A stretch of DNA of 64,000 nucleotides, from positions 3,071,144 to 3,135,143 of the forward strand of contig CAJINV010000011.1 of NCBI GenBank assembly GCA_905178155.1, given 5' to 3'. This stretch comes from Amoebophrya sp. A120 (lineage: Eukaryota > Protista > Dinoflagellata). Numbering within the stretch: position 1 is the first letter of the stretch; the number at the start of each line of letters is the position of its first letter. The notes under the pieces are model-generated. The model saw nothing but the letters and a program-made list of their open reading frames with translations, did no database searches and was not told where the DNA came from. The translations under genes were made by a program, and so were the position numbers. Below, one piece after another: positions 26,401 to 41,400 of this stretch.

Positions 26401-29400
26401 GCACGAAGCTTCGTACAGACAAGGCGGAACCCATTGCGAGGTGGTCGAGCACGGACAGTCGGTGGCCAAATTTAACCGTCGCGCCGCGGAGAGACAAAGT
26501 GCTTCCGAAGGTGACCTTATCCAACACGGAGCACAACCCGGCACCGCTCGCAACGCCCTTCGCCAGGATCGACAAACCGCTCCCCACCCGGCAATAGGTC
26601 CGGACGGACAGCGCCGAGCCGGTTGTTACCATGTTCAATAGAGACGCTTTGCCCGTCGCAATCACTCTTGACAACAAGGACACGCTGCTTCCGGCGCGTG
26701 TGAACGCACGGAGCGAAATCCCGGAGGCGAGGTTGACAAAGTTGAGCATGGACAAGTTCTTGCCCGCCTGGCCGAAGCTGCGCATGGACATGCTGCTCCC
26801 CAGTTCCACCTGGTGCATGACGGACAAATTGTACGCCGAGCCGACCGCAAACGTCCCCGCAACCGAGAAAGCGCTGCCGACACGCACTAATGGCCGGATT
26901 GAGACGCAGGACCCGAAGTGGCTGTAATCCAGGAGGGAAATTTTCTCGCCGACCTTGCCGCACACCCGGAGCGACAACGAGCTGCCGAGGGTGGTATACT
27001 GCAGGGTCGAGAGTTGGGAGGAGCAACGGCCAACTGAGCGAAGCGATAAACAGCTGCCGATGGACATGAAGTCCAAGACCGACATGCGGCTGCCCAATTT
27101 CCCGTGCGCCCGCAGACTGGTTGTCGAACCGATCGTCATAAAACTTAAAACGGACAGTCTCGAGCCCAGTCGCGACTCGCCGAAGATGGAGGTGGAAGAG
27201 CCGAGTCTGGAAACTGCCCGCACCGACACCGCGCTACCAAGCCCCAAGAAGTCGAAAATACTGACGTACGACCCCAGTCGGGCCATGGCGCGGACCGACA
27301 TGCAGCTCCCGACCTGCGTGCTGTCTAGCACGGAAAGCGAGGAGCCGGCCATGTAGTTTGTGAAGACGGATAAGCCGGAACCGGCCCGGACGAAGCTTCT
27401 GATGGACAACATCGACCCGAGGGAGACCGCGTCAAACGTGGAGCAGCGCATGCTCACTCTCGACCGACTTCGGACAGACAACGTGCTGCCTAAATCGACG
27501 AAGCTGAGAATCGAAGCCTGTTCCCCCATGCGTGTAAACGTGCGTACGGACATGGAGCTTCCCAGGTTGAAGCAGTCCAGCACACTGCACGACGCCTGCT
27601 GCCGCGCGAGCGTGCGCACGGACAGCGAACTTCCCAGATTCATGCAGTCGATGACGGATAAACGCAGACAGGAGCCGAGCACGTTCATCTGCCCGTGGAC
27701 GGAGACGCCGGATCCGATCCGCGTCAGTGCGCGGATGCTCAAGGCAGAGCCGAAATTGCCGAAGTTCAGAATCGAAATGCCTGAGTCCGCTCGGCCGAAG
27801 GCCCGGAGACTGATCGACGACCCGAGGTGCGCGCGGTCCAGAACCGAGCACTTGATGCCGCACTGGGACGAGCCGGTGATGGATAGAGAAGATCCAATTC
27901 TGCAGTATGTGCGCACACTTAAACAGGATCCGACTGAAACACTGTCGAAAACGGAAATCTGCCCCGCAAACCTTCCGAACGTGCGCAGCGACATCGTGGA
28001 CCCGAAGACGACCTGCTCCAACACCGACATGCAGCTGTTGACGAAGGAAAACCCGGTGAGGGATAACCCGCTGCCCGTTCTGGCGTAACTGCGGAGGGAG
28101 AGAGATGATCCCATGAGAAAAGCGTCGTACATGGAAACGGTAGAGCCGAATCTTGATCTCCCTCTGACGGACAAGGAACTCCCGAGCTGCGTCGCGTCCA
28201 ACACAGAACACGTCAGACAACTGCCCAGCATCTTCATCTGGCCGCTCATGGAGAAGCCGGAGCCGAGGCGGAGGTAATTGCGGATGCTCATGGAGGACCC
28301 GAGCTGCAGAAAGTCCAGGGCGGAAAATCGGCTGCCGCACTTCTGCATACTTCTGACGGAGAAGGACGAGCCGAGTTCCAGAACGTCCAAGACGCTCATC
28401 GCCCCACCGAGAACCGCGTTCTTGCTTTTCAACGTGAAGATCGAGAAGGTCGAGCCCAGCTTTGTTGCCGCGCGGACGCTGATAGAAGATCCGATTGAGA
28501 GGAAGTCCAAAACCGAGCAGCGACTCCCCATCTGGGCAACGTGTCTCAGACTCAGCGAGCTGGCCATCGCAGTGGCGCCGATGATCGAGAGTTTGGTAAG
28601 ACTACCCACGCAGCCCGCACCGAACACGGATAAAGTACTGCCGCACCGGACGTTGGCCCGCATGGAGAGCGAGGAACCTAAACTGGTCGCGTCGAATACG
28701 CTGCAGTACAACCCACCGAGCCGCATCTGGCTGCGGAGCGAGACTGTGGAGCCGAGAAGGGCCGCATCTAATACACTGATCGCGCTGCCGCAGAAGGTGG
28801 AAGACCGGAGGGACAACGAACTCCCGAGCTGGAAAAAATCCAACAAGGAAATCCGCATACCATGCCGGCTTTTCCCAAGCACGCTGAAGGTCGAGCCGAT
28901 GCGCGCATTTGCACGTAGAGACATGGACGAACCGAGCTCCAAATTGTCCAACAAAGACAGGCGGCTCCCACTCCGGACGGTTGATCGCAGCGAAATCGTG
29001 CTACCGAGGTGGACAAACTGTAAAGTCGACAGCGCATTTCCAATTCTCCCGAAGTTCCGCAAACTGAACGCGGAGCCGAGTGCAACGTGGTCAAGAACGG
29101 ACAGTTGCTGACTCAAATCCGTTACCCCCGCTGCGGACAGACTGGAGCCGAGTCTGGCGAACTGGCGGAAGGAGAGCGTGGATCCGAAGTGCACCGCATC
29201 CAACACGGACAAGGTTTTTCCCATCCGCGAGAAGCTGCGGATAGATACAGAGCTCCCTACCAACAAGTGGCAGAACAGCGACGTTGTTTCTCCCAAGTTC
29301 ACCTTCGACCGGACGGAGAGTGTGCTGCCGATGTGAAGGAAATCCAACACGCTCATCGATATTCCCCCGCACGCCTGGCCGCGGAACACGCTGCACGCCG

Positions 29401-32400
29401 ACGCGAGTTGCGCCACCGCGCGGAGGGACAGCTGGCTACCTAAAGCGAGCGTGTCGAGGAGACTTAACGTGCCTGACATCCGGATGTGGGATCGGACCGA
29501 AATACTGCTCCCGAGGGTTAAGAAGTCCAGAACAGACGTCCGCATCACGCTGCCGCACTCGATCGCGCCCTTCGCGGACAGGCCGGAGCCGAACCGCGCG
29601 AACGTCCGGAGGGACAAAGTCGACCCTAATCCGAGGTAGTCGCAGAAGGAGCAGGAAGACCCGAACTTCGTGACCCCCCGGACAGATAATGACGATCCGA
29701 GAAGCGCCGTGTCGTAAATCGAAGTCAAAATGATACTTCCACATCGGGACAACCCGAACGCGGAAACACCCGACCCGAGCCGCACTGCGGCACGGATCGA
29801 CAGCGTGCTTCCCAAGGCCATGCAGTCCATGACACTCGCCCTTATGCCCGCGTAAACGTGGCTGCGAATGGATAAACTGGACCCGAGCTGGACGAACTGC
29901 AAGAGGCTGAAGCCGGACGAGAGTCTGGTGGTAGATCGGACCGACACCGAGCTGCCTAACTGCATCATGTCAATCACGGACAATTTCAACACCGAGCCCG
30001 GCCGGAAGAGTCCGATGACGGAGAATCCGGACCCCACGCGAACCATGTTTCGGACCGATACAGTGCTGCCGAGATGGAGGAAGTCCAGGACAGATACGCT
30101 AGAGCCGAAACGAGTGAACGCACGTAAAGACATGGAACTGCCGAGTTGGATTTGCTCCAACAGACTCACCCTCGGGTTCACGTGCGTGTGCAAGCCGGTG
30201 GCAGACAAGGAAGATCCGAACCGTCCAAACTGCCGGATGGACAGAGCGGAGCCGAGGTTCGTGAACCCTAACGTCGAGATCCGGCTGCCCAGCTTCGCGC
30301 TCGACCGCAAACTGCAGCTGGACCCGAACGACACGTAGTCAATCACACTGTTGGAGGATTGAAACGTCGCTTTGCCCTGCAAAGACAGGCTGCTGCCGCA
30401 CCGCGCGTAGCACCGAAGGGACATGCTGGACCCGAAGTTGATGTGGTTTAAAACGGAAACCGAGGAGCCGAACGACGCGAAGGACCGGACGGACAGGGAG
30501 GAGCCGAGACACGCGAAATTCATCACGGACATGCAGTGCACACTCCCGCCAGTCTTCGTCAACCCGAGGAGAGATACGCTCGAACCGAGCCTCAGGTAGT
30601 TCCGGAGCGACAAACTGCTGCCTAAAGTGAAGAAGTCGAACATCGAGCTACTCAAAAGTGATCCGCGCAGGCAGCCCCGGATGGAGACGGAGGAGCCCAG
30701 CGTCAAGTAATCCACCACGGACAGGCGGAAGCAACTGCCGTAGTTTTTCGTCAGCCCAAACACGCTCACCGAGCTGCCGAACCGCGCGAACGCCCGGAGC
30801 GACAATGAGCTGCCGAGCGACAAGCAGTCGTAGACGCTGGCTGTCGCCGGGACCCGAACCATACCGCGGATGGACAGGCTGGAACCTAAGGTTGCTTGGT
30901 CCAAGATGGATGCCTTCGTACCCAATCTGGCGTCCACGTACACACTGCAGGAACTGCCGAGCCGGGACACCGTTCTGACGCTGAGCATCGAGCTGAGACT
31001 GGTGAAGTCCAGCACCGACATGCAGCTACCTGTACGTGCGAACGCACGGATGGACAAACTGCTGCCAACGGAGACTTCCCGCAGGACCGACAGCGCCCCC
31101 CGCATGCTGTTCAGACCCGCACCGGCCAAACTGGCGGAGGAGCCTAACCGGGTGAAGTTCCTTAGCGAGATGGACGAGCCCATGCTGAGGTTCGACAAAA
31201 CCGACAGGGAGGACCCGAGCTTCGACGTCATTCTGAGGGATAGAGACGAACCTGCGGACACAGTATCCGTCAAGCTGAAGGCCGCGACGGAACCGACCTT
31301 CATCAGACCGCAGATAGACGCCTTAGACCCGAGGCGCGCGTACGCGCGGACGGACAGTCCACTGCCAAGAGCGAGGAAGTTGAAGATCGACGCTGAGCTG
31401 CCGCAGAGCGCGGCTTGCCGAACGGATAGTTCTTCCCCGAGGTGCAAGCAATCTAAAACAGACAACTTGTTGTTGAACCGCCCGTTCTGTCTGACCGACA
31501 GGGAACTTCCGAGCTCGAGATAATGCAGGACACTGGTGACACTGCCGGTACGGACGAAACTTCTGATGGACAGCGAGCTCCCGAGTTCCGTGGCGCCTAA
31601 CACGGACAAGTCGAGGGCCATTTTCCAGCTCTGCACCAAGCTGCAGCTAGATCCGAACCTGACGTAGTTCCGGATCGACATGGACGAACCGAACTGCGAA
31701 AAGTTCAGTACAGACACGGCGCTTCCCAGTCTCGCGTACATCCGGAGCGACATGGTAGATCCCATGTGTACATGAGACAACACCGACGCGTCCCGGCTGA
31801 CCTTCATAGCGCCGAACATCGACAAACTGGATCCGAACCTGGCGTACTCCCTTAACGAGAGCGCCGAGCCCAAGTTCACCATATCCAAAATCGACATTTT
31901 CGCGCCGAACCGCGCCGTTTGCCGGACCGACATCGCAGACCCGACTTGCATGAAGTCGATCACGGAGAGCCGGAGGCAGCTCCCAATCGCGGTTCTACCA
32001 ATTACCGATGCGTCACTTCCGCAGCGGAGGTATTGACGTAACGAGACAGACGACCCGAGCTCCAAAATGTTCAGAACGCTCATGTTTTTCCCGATCGCCA
32101 TCAATCGCCCCCGGAGAGAGAGCGACGAACCCGTGTGTGCGCAGCCAATGACGGAAAGCATTCCGCCAATGTTGCTGGTAATCCCGGCGACGGACAAGTC
32201 CGATCCGATTCGGCAGAAGTTCCGCAGGGACAAACTCGAGGCCATCGTGAGGAAGTCGAGAATGGAGGATCTGTCTGCGGTTCTTACAAACGACCGAATG
32301 GACAAAGCGCTACCAAAGGTGCCGAAAGACAACGCGCTGCAACTGCTGCCCAAATTCGCGAAGGAACGGAGCGACACGCTGGAACCGATGTTGCTGAATT

Positions 32401-35400
32401 CCATCACGCTCATCCAGCTCATGGAGCCAAAGGCACATAACCCCGCGACACTCAAACCGGATCCCAGTCGGGCGTACGCACGTAAAGACAAGGTGCTCCC
32501 GAGGTTGCAGCAGTCGAACACGGAGGTTGCGCCCTGGATGAAAACCCCCTGCTTCACCGACATGTTCTGGCTCCCGTTCAAAATGATTCCGGACGCGACG
32601 GATAATGAGCTTCCGAACCGGACGAGGGAGCGGATCGAAAGAGTGCTCCCCATCGACATGTAATCGAGAATGGATAGCCCGCGGTTGTTCTGACTCTCCA
32701 CCATGGAGCGGACCGACAAAGACGATCCGAGCGCTTGGTAGTCCAGAACAGACGCGCCGTTGAACCCGGATCCGACTTTGAGGTTAGTCAAAACGGACAA
32801 CGTGGACCCTAGTCTTGCGTAGTTTCGTAAGGACAAACTGCTTCCGAAGTCCGTAAACCCGAGAACGGAAACCGCACTGCCAATGCGCGCGAAGGTTCTG
32901 AGCGAGAAGCTGGACCCGAGAATCGACGCGTCAAGCACGGAGAGGTTCGCTTTTAGCATGGTCCTTTGCGCCGCACCAGCGACGGAGAGCGACGAGCCGA
33001 ACCGGCCAACGGAGCGGACGGACAAAGCGGAAGAGACCGCCATCATGCCCAGCAAGCTCACACTCGCGTCCACGCGCGAGAAGCTGCGAATGGAGAGGGA
33101 ACTGCCGAGGTTCAAATAATCCACGCAGGAGAGGCGGTAGATCGAGCCCGTGTCAAACCTTCCCATAACACTGCAACCGCTGCCGACCCGCGTGTATGTT
33201 CTGAGCGATAAAGAGGAACTCATCGATAAACAGTCCAACACGGAGAACCCGTACCGTCCATAGGTAGCATGCGACCTAACCGACAGTTGCGACGCGAGCT
33301 GCACGAAGCTGAGGACCGAAGCAGACGCTCCGAGTCGGCCGCAGGAGAACAGACTGAAGCCGCTGCCGCAGCGGGCATACTGTCTCAAAGAACAGGAGCT
33401 GCTCATGGTCATCGCGTCCAACACGGAAACGCCCTTGCTCAGCTGCGCGAAGGCCCGGATGGACAACCCAGACGCTAAATGTCCGTAGCCCATGACGCTG
33501 AGTTGCACGATGCTGCCGATTGCGGTTCGCCCGAAGCAGGAGGCGGTGGACCCGATGCGTGTGTAGTTCCGGATCGACAAGCTGGAACCGAAGCTCGAGA
33601 ACAAGAGCGTGGACAACGCGCACCCGAACCGGCCGGTAGACCGGAGGGAGAGGTTGGAGCCCAAGTATATCGCATCCACGACTGAGACACTGCTGCCAAA
33701 CTTCGCGATTTTCCGGACCGACAAGCCGGAAGCGAGGTTCAGGAAATCGAACACGCTAACCGTACTCCCCGCGTACCCTCTTCCCCGCAAGGAGAGCGAG
33801 CTCGCCATCGTGAGCTGGTCGAAGACGGAAATGCCGATGCCCAGCTTCTTGGTCGCGAACTGGCCGTGCACGGAGATCGCGGAGCCGAACCGCGTGAAGC
33901 TGCGTACAGAGACACTAGAGCCGACGGTGACACTGTCGAGCAGGGAGAATTGTGAGCTGACGCGGGTAAAAGCCCGGATGGAACAGGAGGAGCCGATCTG
34001 CATGAAATCCATCACGGAGGTTTTTAGCCCGATCCTGCCGTGCCCGCTGCTGTAAATCGAAAGACAGCTCGAGATCTTCGCGGTGGTGCGGAGCGAGAGC
34101 TGCGAACCGAGATCGTAGAAGGAGATCACGGAGAGGCCTCCCAAACCCAAATGGCCCATCTGCCGCATGGACAACGTCGACCCCAGGTGGACACAGTTGA
34201 TCACGGAGGTCGCGCCGCAGCTGCCCGGGCGGAACAGGCCCATCAGCGAGCAGCCGCTGCCGATGCGGACAAACGTGCGGGTTGAGAGCGTGGACCCGAG
34301 ATTCATGCAGTCGAGAATCGACATCTTGTTCGCGAAGGACGACATGGTGCGCAGGGAGAGCGCTGATCCCATCTCAGTCTGGGAGAACACGCTGAAGGCG
34401 TTGTTCGCACGCGTGTTTTTCCCGATGACGGAAACGCCACTGCCTACTCTGGAGAAGTACCGGATCGAAAGCGACGATCCCATCTGGCAGAACGCAAGGA
34501 TCGACATGGACCCCATTTTTGCGTTCGCGCGAAGCGATATTGAACTCGACAGATTCAAAGCTCCGTAAATGCTCATTTCCGATCCAATACGGCTATACGT
34601 GCCGACAGACAACGTGTTCGTCACATCCAATCGCTCCCCGCACACCGTGCCCGAGGTGGCGACACTCAGCGCGGAACCGCAGCGCGAGAACGCGCGGACG
34701 GACATCGCGGAGCCGATCTGCATGAAGTCGAAGACAGACACTCGACTCCCCATGCGGTTCACGCCGCGGATGGAAAGCGAACTTCCCATCTCGAAGAACT
34801 CGAAGAGGGAGAGGAACGTGATGCTCCCCACCCCGTTCAAGCAGCCGCTGCATGAAAAGTCGTGGCCGAGCCGGCTGAAGGACCGCATGGATAAGGACGA
34901 TCCGTACGTGACCGCATCTAAAACCGAGAAGCTGCCCCCGAGCTTCACCGCCGTGAGAGCGGATAAGCTGGATCCGCACCTTGCCAGCGCGCGGAGACTC
35001 AGAGAGCTTCCGAGCATGACCGGGGAGAAGATGGATGAGCAGTTGAGAATGCCGGTACTGCGGATGGACAGACTGGAGCCGCACTTCAAGTAGTCCATGA
35101 TCGAGAACCGGCCGTCTCCTACTACTCTCGCACCGCTGTGGACGGAGAATCCGCTCCCGATGCGCGAGTACGCACGGAGGGATAAGGCGCTTCCCGCGGT
35201 GTGGGCACCCAGCATGGACAGGCTGTCGCCGAGATTGGTTCGTCCGAATACGGAGAAATAGGAACCGACTCTCGCTAAGGACCTGAGCGACATACTGCTC
35301 GCGCAAAACATCGCGTGCGTCAAGCTGAAGTCGTGGCTGAACAGGATCAGGTTCTTCACGGAGAGACTGGAGCCCAATCGCACAAACGCCCGGACGGACA

Positions 35401-38400
35401 GAGCAGAACCCAGCATACTCGCATCCAACACGGACACCGGCGTGTCCGTTGCGGACCGCTTCATGGCGCCGAAGATGGACACGGAGCTGCTGATCCGCGT
35501 GTACGCGCGCAGGGACAACGAGCTGCCGAGGCAGAAGCTGTCGAGAGCGGAAAACATGTTGGAACTGAGGAAACTCTGGCCGAAGATGGACAGACTGCTT
35601 CCCTTCCGCAACATCCCGCGGATGGACAGGTTAGACCCGACATCGATGTTCCCGAGGATGGATAACGTCGAGCCGCACTGCACCGTCGACGCGAACAGAC
35701 TGACGGCGGACCCGCACCGGGCGTAGGTGCGGACTGATAAAGTGGAGCCGATGGAGAAGTAGTCCAACACCGACGTCTTCGCACTCATCGTGCCGCTGCC
35801 CATCACCGACATGCCGGAGCCGAGGCGGCCAAACGACCGCAGACTCAAACAGCTGCCGACAAACTTGTGCTGCAGGACGGACAATGACGCGGCGGTCTTA
35901 AACCTGCCGTACAGACTGCAGCCGGAGCCGTTGGCGGCTAACGCGCGACACGAGATCGCGGACCCCAGTTTCAAAAAATCCAACACGCTGAAGCTGTTCC
36001 CCCGGATGCTACTGAACACCGAGAACGCCGACCCGACCTTCGCGCACACGCGCACGGACAACGAGCTGCCCAGGTTCAGGAAGTCGTAGGCGGACAGGCT
36101 GTCACCCAGTCTCGCGTACCGTCGCAAACTGATGGACGACCCAAGGCTGACGTAGTTCATGACGGACAGGTCCTTTCCGCACAACCCGTACAGCTTCGCG
36201 CCCGCGCCGACGGTGGAAATACTGGAACCTAGCCGGATCAGGTTGCGGAGACTGCAGGTCGAGCTCATCTCGATCCGGTCCAGCACGGAGAAAGACCCCG
36301 CGCGGAGCATCCCGACGGCACTGATGGAATCCGACATGCGCGCGAAGTTCCGGATGGAGAGAGAGGACGCGAGGAGGAGGTAATCGACCAAGCTGACGCT
36401 GCACCCCAGCAAACTATTAGCCCGGATGGACAAAGTACTCCCTAAATGCAGCATGTCCGTGACGCTCATCCGACCGTGTACCCTACTGGAATCATACACC
36501 GAGATCGCGGAGCCGAGGCGCGAGAACCGGCGCAGACTGATCGAGGAGGACAGTGTGGAAAAGCCCAGACAGGACACCGCATTCGAGATCTGCGTGCAAC
36601 TCCGGACGGACAGCGACGACGCGAGCTGACACAATGCTGTGACGGACATTCTTGTCCCGCCGCACCCGTGATCCGCTTTGAAGGTCCCGTAGATGGAGAG
36701 CCCGGAGGAGAGCCGGACCACGTGCCTTAAGCTCAACGAGGATCCGCAGTTCCCGAAGGTCAGGATGGACAAACTTCGGCCGATCTGGACGTGTGACCGC
36801 ACGGAGCAGGAGGAACCTAAGACCGCGTAGTCTAAGAGCGAAAGACTCTTCCCGATCTTCACGTTATTCCTGATACTCATGCTGCTGCCGATCTCCATGT
36901 GACTTAAAAGCGATAAAGTCCCGTGCGCGCGGCCGGAGACCGCGTGTGCGGAGAGGCCAGAACCAACTCGGGCAAAATTCCTGACAGAGATGGAACTGGA
37001 TAAATACGCGAAGGACAGAATCGAGCAGTGGCTGCAGGCGTAGGCGGAGGACCGTAGGGACAAACTGCTGCCGAAGTGGGCGAACTGTAAAACGGATAAT
37101 TTCGCGCCAACACGTGCCGCCTGCCGCAGGGAGAGGGAGCTGGAGAGGGCGGTCTGGTCCAGAATCGACGTCATGCACGTGACGCGGGAGTGCTGCCCGC
37201 AGACGGACAACGTCGATCCGATACGCGCGTACGCACGAATGGACAACGCACTTCCGAGATGCGAGTAGAACAACGTCGACACGTTCGAACTGCACCGGGC
37301 CCAGCTGCGAAGGCTGATGGTGGAGCCAAAGTGGCACTTATCCACGATGGAGACCTTCGCGAGCAATTCCGTTCGCACCCCAATGCCGCTACAGGACAAG
37401 CTGCTGCCTAATCGCGTGTACGTTCGCAACGATAACGAACTGGCAAACTCCCCGTGCCGCAAGACGGACAAACTCCCCCCGACGCGCAACTGGCTGAAGA
37501 TGCTGATGCCGCTGCCGAACCGACAGGCTGCCCGCATGCTGACACCGGACGAGACGCTGACGAAGTCCAAGACGGACAAGCCGCCTTTGCCCGCGTGCGC
37601 CATGCGCCGGATCGAGAGCGAGCTGCCGAGGATGGTTGAATCTATGACAGAGACCGAGCCGGCAATTCTGACCGCTTGCCGGACCGAAATCGAGCTTCCG
37701 AGGGTCAGGAAATCGAGAACAGAAAGCTTCCCGTAAACGACATTCCTTTCCTTCGCCGGCCCCGTCCCGATCGACAACGCCGACCCGATCCGGGTGTACG
37801 CCCGGAGGGAGAGACTAGACCCGCAGTGCAGGTAGTCCAGCACACTCATTCTGCCGCCGAACCGACCGTAGCTGCGTAACGAGAGCGTGCTGCCGACGCT
37901 GACTTCCGCTAACACCGAAACCGTGCCGCCGCAGCGGGCGATGCTTTGCAGCGAGAAGGCCGATCCCAGTCGCGCGTACGCACGGAGTGATAAAGCGGAC
38001 CCCACGTGCGAGAAGTCGATCATCGAGAAGGGGGAACCAACACGTTTAGTATCGCGGAGGGATAAAGCCGATCCCATGAACATGCTGTCCAAGACGGACA
38101 AGTTCGCCGCCAGATCGATCCGCGCGCCAAACACGGACAGACTGGACCCGATCCGCATGTAATTCCTTAAGGAGCAGTTGGACGCCAGCTCGATGAAGCT
38201 CAAGGCGGACAATGAACTGCCGAACCGCGTGAACTTGCGCAGACTCAGACTGCTTCCCATCTCCATCTGGTAGGCCACCGAGATCTGGTGCGCCGCGGTC
38301 GCCGCACCGAACACCGAGCACGTGCTCCCGACCCGGACCACGTTCCGGAGCGAGACGGCAGAGCCGAGTTGCACAAAGCTGAGGACGGACACAGATTTCG

Positions 38401-41400
38401 CCAGGCGCTGCACCCCGCGGATCGACAGCGACGACCCGAAGTGCGCGTGCTGCAAAATAGAAGTGCACGAGCCCAACCGAACGTGGCCGACCACACTGCA
38501 GGTGGACGCTAAGCGAACGCAAGACCGGAGACTGAGCGCACTGCCGAAGCAGTGGCTGTCAATCACGGACAATTGGTGACTGGTGATCGCGCGGGCGAAG
38601 ACGGAGAGGGTGGACCCGATTCGCTGTGTCGCTCTTAAACTGATCACCGATCCGAGTTCGCAGTAGTCCAGCACCGATGCCCTTGGTTGCACCTTCGTTA
38701 CCATGCGACAACTCAAGCTGGAACCTAAACTCACCGCGTCGAAGATTGACAAATGCGCGGAAAACAGCGCCTTTTCCGGTTTCAGCCCGTACAGCGAGAA
38801 GGTGGACGCCAGTCGCACGTAGCTGCGCACGGACAGGCTGCTCCCGAGATTGGTCGCATCCAGCATCGACAACCCACTGCCTAATCTGAGCCGGCTGAAC
38901 ACGCTGACGTTCGACTGCATGCGGATCACAGACCGGAGAGACACCACCGATCCGACGCGCAGGAACTGAATCAGCGAAACGCCCTCGTTCGCGCGCGCAA
39001 ACCTTCGGACGGAGAAGCTCGACCCGCAGTGCATGTAGCCGAAGCAGGACACTTGGTGGCCGCCGTCGGTGCGCCCGAACACGGAGAAGTGGGAACCAAT
39101 CCGCATGTAGGACCGCAGGGACAATGTGCTGCCGAACTCAACGAAGTTGAACACGGATAAAGATTCTCCAAACCGTCCAAAACTCCTGACGGAACAGCTG
39201 GATCCGAGCTTCAGGTAGTCCAGCACGGAGTTTGCGTTGTTGATCTTCGACGTTCCGAAGAAGCTGCAATTGCTACCGAACCGCACGTACGCCCGGACGG
39301 ACAACGAGCTTCCGAGCAGAAACTGGTCGAACACGGAAAACTTGTGGCCACTCCGGAACGTTGCGCGCGCAGACATGGAGGACCCGAGATGTAGGTGGGA
39401 TAGAACGGACAAAACGTTGCCCAGTCTGCTCATGTTGAACATGGACAGCGTCGATCCCAGCTTCGCTTGCGACCGCATCGAAATCGCGGATCCGAGAAAA
39501 GTCGCGTCCAACGCACTCATGCTGCACCCTTGCCGCGTGAAGGACCGTAACGAAAGGGACGATCCGAGTTCGGAATTGTCGAGAATGCTTAAGTGCAACC
39601 CGAGGCAGCACTTGGTGAAAAGCGAGAACGTGCTGCCCGCGCGCAACATCCCTCGGATCGAAATCGCACTGCCGACGGCGAAGTAGTCGATCATGCTGAA
39701 CCGCTCCCCGAGTTGCACAAACCCGCCCCGGACGGAAAGCGTGCTGCCGATGCAGGCCGCATCGAGCACGGAGACTTTCTGGAGCAGGCCCTGGCGGTAG
39801 AGGGAAAACGCCGATCCGATTTTCAGGAAATTCCGAACAGAAGTTGAACTGCCGACCGCCATGAAGTCCAACACGCTGCAGGCCTTCGTGCATTGGGAAA
39901 AGGCGCGAAGGGAACAGCTGGAGCCAAGTGCCTGGTAGGCGAGCGTGGAGAGCGCTTTGCCGAACATGACGGATTTGAAGACGGAAACGTTACTCCCCAT
40001 CCGACTAATCCCCCGTAGCGACATCGCAGACCCTGCACTAGTGAAGGCAAACACGGAAACCCGCTCCGTTCGCGTGAACGCACGAATTGATAAGCTAGAT
40101 CCGCAAAGGACGTGGTTTAACACGGACAGCGCACTTCCGACCCGAAATCCGTTGCACAATGACAGCTGCGAGCCGCAACGCGCGTAGTTCCTCAGGGACA
40201 ACACTGAACCGCATTCGAACGCGTTGAGCATCGACAGGGACGAGGTGAACCGCATGCCGCCGAAGATGGACAAACTGGACCCGAATCTCCCGGTCCCCCG
40301 GAGGGACAGTGTGCTCCCGAGGCGGACCATGTCCAACATAGAAATTCCGTCGCCGAAACGAGAAACGCCCGCACGGATGGAGAGACTGCTACCTAATGTG
40401 AGGAATTCCATAGCGGAACAACCCCCGCCGTTTATCCCCGCGGAACCCATAACGGAGAAGGAGCTGCCGAGCCTGACATATGACCGCAGCGACATGGCTG
40501 AAGCCAAATGCACCGAGTCCAAGACCGACACGCAATTATTCGCCCGCATCTCGCCGAACATGGAGAGACGCGACCCTAACCTGCTGTAGCTGCGGATGGA
40601 CATGTTGGAGCTGCCGGTAATGTAGTCGAAGATGGACAATCTGGACCCGCACATCCCCCCCTTCCGGAGGGACAACGTCGACCCGAGGGACACGCGATCC
40701 AACACGGAGAACATGCCGCCGCCCCTGTAGGCGTTGCAAACCGACAGCGTCGACCCCAGACGGCTGTAGCCGCGGAGGGACAGTGTGCTACCGAGCAGCA
40801 TCGCGTCCAGGAGTGAACAAGCGCCGCTGCCCGCTCGGACTTTCGCAAACGTGCTGAAGGAAGACGACAGCCGGGCGACCTGCCGTACGGAAATTGTAGA
40901 CCCGAGAATCACCGCGTCGAGCAACGAGCAGCTGCTCGCGACGATGCCACAGCCGAAGATGCTCGCCCGGGAGCCCATCCGGATATAGTTCCGGAGGGAC
41001 AAATTCGACCCCAGACAGGACGCATCGAGAACGGATAAGCTGGATCCCAATCGCGTCCAACCGAACAGGGAGAACGAGGATCCCATTCTCGCGACCACGC
41101 GCATCGACATGGAGCTCCCGAAGTGCGCGCGATCGAGGATGGAAACGTGGGCGCCAAATCTTCCTTTCGCCCCGTTCGCGACAGACAACAAGCTGCCGCA
41201 CCGCACGTAGGCGCGCAGGGACAGATTCGAAGAACACGACGCGAAGTCGAAGATCGAGAAGTTTTTTCCGCAGCTGACGAATTGCCTCACGGACAGCGAG
41301 GATCCGACGTGGTAGAAGTTCAGCGTCGAAATCGCCGAGCCGATCATCATGTGCCCGAAGCAGCTGAAGTTACTTCCGAGAGACTGGAACGACCGGATGG

